Below are positions 57,163 to 64,000 of a stretch of DNA of 64,000 nucleotides, piece after piece (within the stretch, counting starts at the first letter, position 1; the number at the start of each line of letters is the position of its first letter). The DNA lies in NCBI GenBank assembly GCA_965223505.1, contig CBDCWP010000034.1:64001-128000 (forward strand), read 5' to 3'. The notes under the pieces were generated by a model that saw only the letters and a list, made by a program, of their open reading frames with translations, was not told the origin of the DNA and ran no database searches. The position numbers and the translations under genes were made by a program. This DNA is from Planctomycetota bacterium (GTDB taxonomy: Bacteria > Planctomycetota > PLA2 > JAEUHO01).

Positions 57163-58638
57163 ATGTATTCCGTCCGCAAGCGCTTGATGATCATCCTGGC
57201 AGTCGGCTTCGCCGTCCTGATCGCGGTCACGGGCTACTACGTGTTCGACCTCCTCAACGAGCGCGTCACGCAGGAGTTCGACCAGGCGCTCCTGACCAAG
57301 GCCCGCGCGTTCGTCGCGATGACCGAGTCCGAGGACGGTCAGATCGAGCTCGACTACCACGCGGCGCACATGCCCGAGTACGAACGCGAGGAAGACCCCG
57401 AGTACTTCCAATTCTGGCTCGACGACGGGCGCATGCTCCTGCGATCGGCACAGCTCGAGAAGTCGGGGACCGATCTTCCGTTCGATCTCGAGAAGTCGGG
57501 CGCGCCCTACTACCGGGACACGACGCTCCCGGACGGACGGTCGGGACGCTGCGTTCAGCTGGCGTACGTTCCCCGTGAGTCGAAGGACGGCGACGAGCCG
57601 AAGACCGACGACGAAGAGCACATCGGCGAGGCGTCGACGACGCTCGGCGTGGTCGTGGTCGTCGCGCGCGATCGCAAGAGCCTCGACTCGATGCTCGGCG
57701 CCATCAGCTCCGTGATCGTCGGCGCGGGGCTCATTGCGGCGTTGATTGCCGTCCTCCTGGTCTGGCGCGCGCTGGTGACCGGATTCCGTCCCATCCACCG
57801 CATCGCAGACCAGGTCGAAGCGCTCGATGCCGAATCGTTGGGCGCCCGCGTGGCGTTGGACCAGACGCCCAAGGAGCTCGCGCCGATCGTCGATCAGCTC
57901 AACGCGCTTCTCGACCGGATTCGAGCGGTGTTCGAACGCGAACGGCGGTTCACCGCGAACGTCGCGCACGAGCTGCGCACCCCGATCTCGGAGTTGCGAT
58001 CGCTCGCGGAGGTCGGCAGAGAGTTCCCCGAAGACCGGCAGGCCGTGTTCCAGTTCTTCGGCGACGTGTCGGACGTCGCGGAGCAGATGGAGGGCGTGAT
58101 CGCCGATCTGCTGCTCCTTGCTCGCTGTCATGCCGGCGTCGAGCACGTCGAGCTGTCGGACGTCGGCCTCGCCGACACCGTGGCGTCGGCCTGGAAGCCG
58201 TTCGCGGCGCGCGCCGAGAAGCGCGGGCTCCGCTTCGACTGGGACATCGCCCCGGACCTCGTCGTCAAGTCCGACCGCAGCAAGCTGGGCATCATCTTCG
58301 GCAACGTGCTGGGCAACGCGGTCAACTACGCACGACCCGACGCGGAGATCCGTTGCGTGGCCGTGCGCACCGGCGACACGTTCGTCATCGACGTCACGAA
58401 CGCCGCGGCGCGGCTGAGCGCCGACGAGCTTCGGAGTCTGACCGAGCCCTTCTGGCGCAAGGACGAGGCCCGCAGCGCGGCGGAGCACGCTGGATTGGGC
58501 CTGTCCGTCGTGGCCGAGCTCGCCACGTTGCTCGGGCTCGGCGTCCAATTCGACCAGACCGCCGACGGCCTGTTTCGCGTTCGTCTGCGTGGGCGCGCGC
58601 AGCCTGCCGCTAGACTCGAGAAACTAAGCAGTGCCTAG
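57163..58638 (+). CDS. Sensor histidine kinase (QseC/PmrB/CusS-like)
   Basis: Two TMs, acidic periplasmic domain, HAMP, AHELRTP, NAVNY, GLGLS. Confidence 0.95.
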   Translation: MYSVRKRLMIILAVGFAVLIAVTGYYVFDLLNERVTQEFDQALLTKARAFVAMTESEDGQIELDYHAAHMPEYEREEDPEYFQFWLDDGRMLLRSAQLEKSGTDLPFDLEKSGAPYYRDTTLPDGRSGRCVQLAYVPRESKDGDEPKTDDEEHIGEASTTLGVVVVVARDRKSLDSMLGAISSVIVGAGLIAALIAVLLVWRALVTGFRPIHRIADQVEALDAESLGARVALDQTPKELAPIVDQLNALLDRIRAVFERERRFTANVAHELRTPISELRSLAEVGREFPEDRQAVFQFFGDVSDVAEQMEGVIADLLLLARCHAGVEHVELSDVGLADTVASAWKPFAARAEKRGLRFDWDIAPDLVVKSDRSKLGIIFGNVLGNAVNYARPDAEIRCVAVRTGDTFVIDVTNAAARLSADELRSLTEPFWRKDEARSAAEHAGLGLSVVAELATLLGLGVQFDQTADGLFRVRLRGRAQPAARLEKLSSA

Positions 58639-58655
58639 GCGCTGCTTGGTGAAAT
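58623..58655 (+). promoter_or_regulatory. Candidate OmpR-family box overlapping the HK stop codon
   Basis: ACTAAG-N5-CCTAGG-N10-TGAAAT; shares AAGCAGTGCCTA with the box at 58803. Confidence 0.45.
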
Positions 58656-58802
58656 CCCGCTGCTGCGCCCGGCGATCCTCTTGCTGCGCCCGGCCCGAAC
58701 TCGGAACCTCGTCCTCGACGGGCACAGAGCCCGCCTGCGGCGAGAACCGCTCGTTCGGGCTCCGGCTCGCATCGGTCTCCCCGGGCTCGCGACGCGGCAA
58801 TT

Positions 58803-58846
58803 TCCAAGCAGTGCCTAAGGCGTTCCTAAGCGTTCCGATCAAGAAT
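58803..58846 (+). promoter_or_regulatory. Candidate triple OmpR-family box plus -10 element
   Basis: TCCAAG-N5-CCTAAG-N5-CCTAAG-N10-AAGAAT. Confidence 0.7.
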
Positions 58847-58895
58847 GCGCCTTGCTCGGGCGGGCGCCTTGGGTGGGGTGCGAGGAGTTGATGCC

Positions 58896-59561
58896 GTGAA
58901 GTCGTTGCTGTTGATCGCAGTCCTCGCTGCGGCCCCTCTGGTGGGTTGCGGCGCCGTTCCCACGGAGGTGCCGGGGCCCGAGTCGTTCACGGTCGGGATT
59001 CAGCATCCGTACCTGACCGTCACACCGGACACGGTGTGGATCTACGAGGGGCACGACGAAGGCGTGCCGCGCCGCGAAGAGGTGTTCGTTGCCGGGATGA
59101 TGGAGATTCTCGGTGTGCACTGCACCGGCATTCGTGAGCACGTGTTCGATGACGGCGTGCTCGTCGAGGTGACGACCGAGTGGCTCGCGCAGGACGTCGA
59201 CGGCCACGTCTGGAAGTTCGGCGAGGAGAGCTTCGAGTTCGACGGGGAGAGCTTCGTGCCGACGGCGGACTCGTGGCTCGGCAGCGAGGAGGCGTTGCCC
59301 TGGGTGATCCTGGCCGCCAGGCCTCAGGTCGGCGACGTCTACGCCGGCTACACGCCCGAAGGCGAAGACCAGATCCACGTCACGTCCATCGACGAGACCG
59401 CGGAGGTTCCGGCCGGCACGTTCGCCAACAGCGTGAAGATGGTGGAGAATCCCGACGACGAGGACGACTCGGACATCATTCTCTACAGCCCGAAGGTCGG
59501 AAAGGTCTCCGAGGAGAGCGCCGGCGGCAAGATCGTTCTCGTCTCCATCGAGCAGCGCTGA
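58896..59561 (+). CDS. Acidic lipoprotein of unknown function
   Basis: GAGGAG RBS; lipobox LVGC; WLAQDVDGHVWKFGEE, VPAGTF motifs shared with the 55033 paralog. Confidence 0.8.
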   Translation: MKSLLLIAVLAAAPLVGCGAVPTEVPGPESFTVGIQHPYLTVTPDTVWIYEGHDEGVPRREEVFVAGMMEILGVHCTGIREHVFDDGVLVEVTTEWLAQDVDGHVWKFGEESFEFDGESFVPTADSWLGSEEALPWVILAARPQVGDVYAGYTPEGEDQIHVTSIDETAEVPAGTFANSVKMVENPDDEDDSDIILYSPKVGKVSEESAGGKIVLVSIEQR

Positions 59562-59567
59562 GCAAGG

Positions 59568-60770
59568 TCACGGCGTCTTCGTCTTGCGCACGGTGACGTC
59601 GTCGATCACCGCGCCGTCGACGCGAATGGCGCGGATGCGCGCCGTCGCCGGCGTGATGTCGACCAGCGTAAAGTGGTGGGCCGCCTCGCCGAACGCGAGC
59701 CGGAAGTCGTCGGCAAGCGGATAGAGCGTGTTGCCGCCGCCGCCCGTAACGACGTAGATCGGCGCCGGAGGATCGAGGATCTCGGCCCCCTGCATCTCGA
59801 TGGGCACGCCGAACCGAATCGGGTGCGTGCGCTGGTAGTTGTGGTCGTGCCCGCTGAACATGAAGTCGACGCCCGCGTCCTGCAGGAATGGGACGACGTT
59901 GAGGATGAGCGGCGTGTGGTCCGCGTGCCGGCCGCGCGTGTACGGCGGCCGATGCGTGAACGTGATCGTCCACGGCGGCGCCGGCTCGGCGAGCTTGTTC
60001 CGCAGCCATCGAACCTGCGGCGCGTCGGGCGACTCGATGCCGAACTCCGCGTTGATCGAGATGAACCGCGCGCAGCCGCGGCGGAACTCGTAGTACTGCT
60101 CCGAACCGTCGACGTCGTTGCGCGGCAGCGGCAGTACCGACAACGTGGGCACGCCGGCGTCGGTGGCGACGTCGTGATTGCCGAGCGCGACGTAGCACGG
60201 GGTGTGGGTCATGAGGTTCGCGAACGGAATGAGCATGCGGGCGCGCACCTCCGTCGGAGATCCCGCCTTGTACGCGACGTCGCCGGTGAACAGCACCAGG
60301 TCGGGGTTGGCCGCCTCGATGCCGGCGACGTTGGCCATCTGCGGGAGGCACCCGCACCCCATGTCGCCGATCACGGCGAATCGCACCGGCGCACTCGGAT
60401 CGTCGGATGCCGTCTCGAATCGGTGCGTGCGCGATGAGGGCCGGCCTTCGATGACGAGCCGGTACTTGTAGACGGTCGAAGGAAGAAGCCCGGTGAGCTC
60501 GACCTCGTGCGTCGTACCGGCCGCCGGCGAAGCGATCCGGCGTAGCGTCCCGTCGGGGGCCTCGAGCTCGACTTCGCCGGGTCCGCGCTGCGAGAGCTCC
60601 CAATAGAGACGAACCTGTGTGGGCTGAACGTCCCCGAGGACCGGACCCGCGTCGATGCCGGCCTCGAAGGTAGGGAATGGGGCGCCGAGATTGGAGCTGC
60701 CGCCGCACGCCGGTAGGCAGGCCCCGACGAGCGATACGAGGAGGGACAGGACGATCGCATGTCGGGTCAT
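59568..60770 (-). CDS. Purple acid phosphatase-like metallophosphoesterase lipoprotein (FN3 + Metallophos)
   Basis: GDMG, TGDVAY, GNHD, HRPPY, SGHDHNYQR, VTGGGG; lipobox LPAC. Confidence 0.92.
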   Translation of the reverse strand: MTRHAIVLSLLVSLVGACLPACGGSSNLGAPFPTFEAGIDAGPVLGDVQPTQVRLYWELSQRGPGEVELEAPDGTLRRIASPAAGTTHEVELTGLLPSTVYKYRLVIEGRPSSRTHRFETASDDPSAPVRFAVIGDMGCGCLPQMANVAGIEAANPDLVLFTGDVAYKAGSPTEVRARMLIPFANLMTHTPCYVALGNHDVATDAGVPTLSVLPLPRNDVDGSEQYYEFRRGCARFISINAEFGIESPDAPQVRWLRNKLAEPAPPWTITFTHRPPYTRGRHADHTPLILNVVPFLQDAGVDFMFSGHDHNYQRTHPIRFGVPIEMQGAEILDPPAPIYVVTGGGGNTLYPLADDFRLAFGEAAHHFTLVDITPATARIRAIRVDGAVIDDVTVRKTKTP

Positions 60771-60800
60771 GGCTGCTCCAAAGACCGCGCACCCGAAGAC

Positions 60801-60833
60801 ACCTTCCGTCCCCTCCCTTAGGCCCTGCTGAGG
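60801..60833 (-). promoter_or_regulatory. Candidate OmpR-family box upstream of the phosphatase
   Basis: Minus strand CCTCAG-N5-CCTAAG-N10-GAAGGT (weak -10). Confidence 0.55.
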
Positions 60834-60988
60834 CCTGGGGCCGCGTCGCGCTGTCGCGACATCGTAGCCCCGTCTGTCGCGCCGAATCGACGCGGGGATT
60901 CCGCTTCGATCGGCGCCCGACCCCATGAAATGGGGCTTCGTCGCCTCTTGGCCACCGACGGAACATGGGTTGCGCCTCCGGTGTGCCC

Positions 60989-62482
60989 ATGCGCCGGCCG
61001 TCCCTCCTTTCCGTCCTTTCGATCGCCCTGCTTGCGGCCTGCGGCGGCGGTGCTGGCACGGGCGGCCCCGCGGACCTCTCGTTCAACGTCGGCACCCTCG
61101 CCGTCACGACCTCGGCGCTGCCACGCGCCGACGCGGGCTCGAGCTACGGTCCCGTCGCGCTTCGGTGCGACGCTCACGATCCGCTCGTCGTGACGTGGAC
61201 GCTGCACGCCGGGGCCCTGCCGAACGGCGTGTCACTCGGACCGGACGGCGTCCTCTACGGCACGCCGACCGAGAGCGGTGTCTTCGTGTTCACCGTCCAC
61301 GTCGGCGACGGCGTGCGCGGCGCCACGCGCCGGCTTGCGCTCGCGGTCGACGCGTTCGGGGTGTTCGTACAGTCCGGCCTGGTCGCAGGCGACGCCTGGA
61401 CGGACCGGCCGCTCGAGATTCGAGCGGTGGGACAGACCGGCGCAGTGACGTTCAGCCTCGACACGGCAGCGGACGCCGACCTGAGCCTGGTCGACGAGAA
61501 CGCGGGCACGGCTACGCTCGTCGTTCGCGGCGGCGACGAGGTCGTGGTCTTCGCGGAGGACGCGGCCGGGCACGCGACACGTCTCGACGTAACCGTGCGC
61601 TCCGACCCGACGAGTGGATTCCAGGCGGAGTTCGCCGTCTCGGACGTGTGGTACGTGAACGACATGCACAAGTTCGGCGCGCATCCCTATGCGACCGATC
61701 TCCACGCCGCGCTCGTGGACGTCGGCCTGCGCGATCCGGCGAGCACCGACGACGTCGGCACGGAAGCGGATGAGCTGGCCGTGCGCTACGTGCGCATCCA
61801 GATGTTGCGAGAGCTGAACCGACTGTTCCTTCGCGAGGGCGACGGTTCCGCCGGGGCGAACGGACTCGCGATCAGCTTTCCGTATCACCGGCCGACAGGG
61901 GCGATGCGCCCGCTTCCGGGCTCGACCCTCGCGGGAGGGGCCCTGCGCTACAACGAGATCGGCCTCGGGTGGGGAACACGCCCGTTGGTGGTCGGCACGG
62001 CCGTGATCGACGGTCCGCACAACGGCCTGCTCGAGAACAACACGTCCGGGACGCAGAACGGCGAGTTCGGCCTGTTCGTCAACGTCATCTCGGAGTTCTT
62101 CCTCGCGTCGTTCCGCCCGGACGAGCTTCGGAACGAACCGGTCGACTCGAACGACATTCCGGCGCTACGGGCGTTGATTCACGGCGCGTCGAACCCCGGC
62201 GGACGCTACGCGGCGCTCAAGTACTTCGGCGGGGGCTTTGCGCGGGTGCTGGCGACGATCTGCGCGCACGAGATCGGGCACAGCCTGGGACTGGTCCACG
62301 CCGACGGCATCATGGCGTCGGAGTCGAACCTGTCTCCGACGAACTGGCCGGCGTTCTCGAGCGGCGACGTCGAGCGGCTGCGGATCGCGCTACCCGGGCC
62401 CGGGCGAACCTCGACGTCTGCGTCGAAGGCCTCCGCCTTGCCGGAGGGGGGCATCACGGTCTGCGGCTGCCCGGGTCACTAA
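60989..62482 (+). CDS. Lipoprotein with Ig-like (putative Ig) domain and metzincin (matrixin-like) metallopeptidase
   Basis: Lipobox LAAC; GALPNGVSL...LYGTPT; HEIGHSLGLVH followed by Met-turn GIMA. Confidence 0.82.
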   Translation: MRRPSLLSVLSIALLAACGGGAGTGGPADLSFNVGTLAVTTSALPRADAGSSYGPVALRCDAHDPLVVTWTLHAGALPNGVSLGPDGVLYGTPTESGVFVFTVHVGDGVRGATRRLALAVDAFGVFVQSGLVAGDAWTDRPLEIRAVGQTGAVTFSLDTAADADLSLVDENAGTATLVVRGGDEVVVFAEDAAGHATRLDVTVRSDPTSGFQAEFAVSDVWYVNDMHKFGAHPYATDLHAALVDVGLRDPASTDDVGTEADELAVRYVRIQMLRELNRLFLREGDGSAGANGLAISFPYHRPTGAMRPLPGSTLAGGALRYNEIGLGWGTRPLVVGTAVIDGPHNGLLENNTSGTQNGEFGLFVNVISEFFLASFRPDELRNEPVDSNDIPALRALIHGASNPGGRYAALKYFGGGFARVLATICAHEIGHSLGLVHADGIMASESNLSPTNWPAFSSGDVERLRIALPGPGRTSTSASKASALPEGGITVCGCPGH

Positions 62483-62509
62483 AGGATTACCCGCGACTCG
62501 GAGCTGTAG

Positions 62510-64000
62510 CTACTTGTCGACCTCCTCGAGCAGCACCTCGACCGCCTTGAGCAGCTGCTTGTCCTCGCCCTTCGCGAGGCCTTCGGGATCGTTGTAGACC
62601 AGCACGTCGGGATGAAGATCCTGGTTCTCCAGGTAGTTGCCCTCCTCGTCCATCATCCCGACCTGCGGGATGCCGAACGTGAGCGTGGGATCCATCAAGG
62701 TCTCCCACCAGACGGCCGTGCCCGTGCCGGCGACGGGTGAGCCGACGAGCTTGCCGAGCCCCAGCTTCTGATACGCGTACGGGAAGATGTGCGCGTCCGA
62801 GTAGTTGCCTTCGTTCTGCAGGACGCAGGACGGCCGCGACCAACGCGCGAACGGCTCCGTTCCGAAATCGCCCTTCTTCTTGCCGCGCGGCACGAAGAAC
62901 AGGTAGTCGCGGCCTTCGAAGAAGCTCACGAGATCGTCGTGGAGCCAGCCGCCGCCGTTGTGACGCGTGTCGACGACCAGCGCCTCCTTCTCGGCGTTGC
63001 GGCCGAGCGCCTCGCGGAACGTCGTGCGGAAGCTCGCGTCGTTCATGCCGCGAATGTGCACGTATCCCACGCGCCCGCCCGACGCCTTCTCGACGGCTTC
63101 GCGCCGGCGGTTCACGGTGCGGTGATACATGAGGTTGAGCTGAGCGCGCACCGGGATGGGCTTGATGATCTCTTCCCAGGGCTCGCCTTCCGGCGCCGTC
63201 AGACGCAGGCGAACCCGCTTGCCCGCCATGTGGTTCAGCACGCGGTGCGGGTTGGTCGTCGGTGTGATCTCCACGCCCTGAATGTGCGTGATGATCGTTC
63301 CCGGCGCGATCTTGGACTCCGCCCGGTCCGCCGGACCGCGGTGAATGACCTCCGCCACCTTCAGGCCGGCCCCTGCGTGGGACCGGTCATAGAGCAACCC
63401 GAGCCCGGCCGTCGCGTCGGCGCCCGAGATGTTGGGGCGATGGCTGGCGCCGGTGTGCGACGCGTTCAGCTCGCCCAGCATCTCGCTCAGGAGCTCCGCG
63501 AAGTCGTAGTTGTTCTCGATCTGGTCGAGGAACGACACGTAGTTGCGCTTCATCCCCTCCCAGTCCACGCCGTGCAGCTCGGGGTCGTAGAACTTGCGCT
63601 GGGCCTGGCGCCACACGTGCTCGAAGAGATGCGCGCGCTCGTCCCGCGTCTCGATTGTCATCTCCGCGGCGAAGGCGATCGGCTTCGCGGCCGCCGGTCC
63701 GCCCTTCTTGCCGAGCGAGGCCGCGACGGACGCGCGAAGGATGCGGCCGCCGGCGAGCACGAAGAGGTGCTTGCCGTCCTTCGAGAACGTCACCTTGCCC
63801 GGACGGCCGGGCACGCTCATTAGCTTGCGGGTGACCTGATCGCGCGGGCGCACGAGCCACATGTCCCAGCTGCCTTCGTTCTGCGCGCCGTACACGATCG
63901 CTTCGCCGTCCTTCGACGCCGCGTAGTCGCCGAGCCACGCCGCGTGCATGGTGAGGCGCCGCATGCGGTGCTCGATGTCGTTCGGGTCGGCAATGTCGAT
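62510..64000 (-). CDS. Tricorn-like protease (peptidase S41), 5' end outside window
   Basis: MLGELNASHTG, PDZ domain, GYVHIRGM, DTRHNGGG, NYSDA, ENQDLHPD. Confidence 0.93.
   Translation of the reverse strand: MDIADPNDIEHRMRRLTMHAAWLGDYAASKDGEAIVYGAQNEGSWDMWLVRPRDQVTRKLMSVPGRPGKVTFSKDGKHLFVLAGGRILRASVAASLGKKGGPAAAKPIAFAAEMTIETRDERAHLFEHVWRQAQRKFYDPELHGVDWEGMKRNYVSFLDQIENNYDFAELLSEMLGELNASHTGASHRPNISGADATAGLGLLYDRSHAGAGLKVAEVIHRGPADRAESKIAPGTIITHIQGVEITPTTNPHRVLNHMAGKRVRLRLTAPEGEPWEEIIKPIPVRAQLNLMYHRTVNRRREAVEKASGGRVGYVHIRGMNDASFRTTFREALGRNAEKEALVVDTRHNGGGWLHDDLVSFFEGRDYLFFVPRGKKKGDFGTEPFARWSRPSCVLQNEGNYSDAHIFPYAYQKLGLGKLVGSPVAGTGTAVWWETLMDPTLTFGIPQVGMMDEEGNYLENQDLHPDVLVYNDPEGLAKGEDKQLLKAVEVLLEEVDK

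Overview
High-GC bacterial chromosomal window of about 52 genes. The many secreted HEAT-repeat and HEAT-vWA proteins, sulfatase-like proteins and a giant Ser/Thr kinase suggest a Planctomycetota-like organism; this is inference only. The housekeeping backbone includes tetR, arsC, a MIP channel, comEC, kdsD-like, PMM/PGM, penicillin acylase, GHMP kinase, a C26 hydrolase, aroC, tRNA-Thr(TGT), tRNA-Tyr(GTA), an MFS transporter, an Fe3+/AfuABC-type ABC transporter with a NagD-type phosphatase, and a tricorn protease. An accessory segment (~19.7-32.85 kb) follows tRNA-Tyr. It opens with a nested set of ~24-37 bp repeats (L-cargo-L-R-Uma2-R) and continues with a tandem cNMP-binding protein, a toxin-less secreted YD/RHS protein and a 2.4-kaa cyclase-kinase-TM-WD40 protein. 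Other highlights: (i) an OmpR-type two-component system whose candidate regulon is readable in the DNA as five CTAAG-N6-CTAAG-type boxes, each 10 bp before a -10-like hexamer; (ii) a stand-alone protein with three TIR/NDT-like domains; (iii) an operon of a secreted protein, a desaturase/methyltransferase-like fusion and a membrane sulfatase; (iv) GTAG-type REP doublets; (v) a frameshifted lipoprotein gene. No CRISPR array, integrase or transposase was seen. All family calls come from motif recognition by eye, with no database searches.
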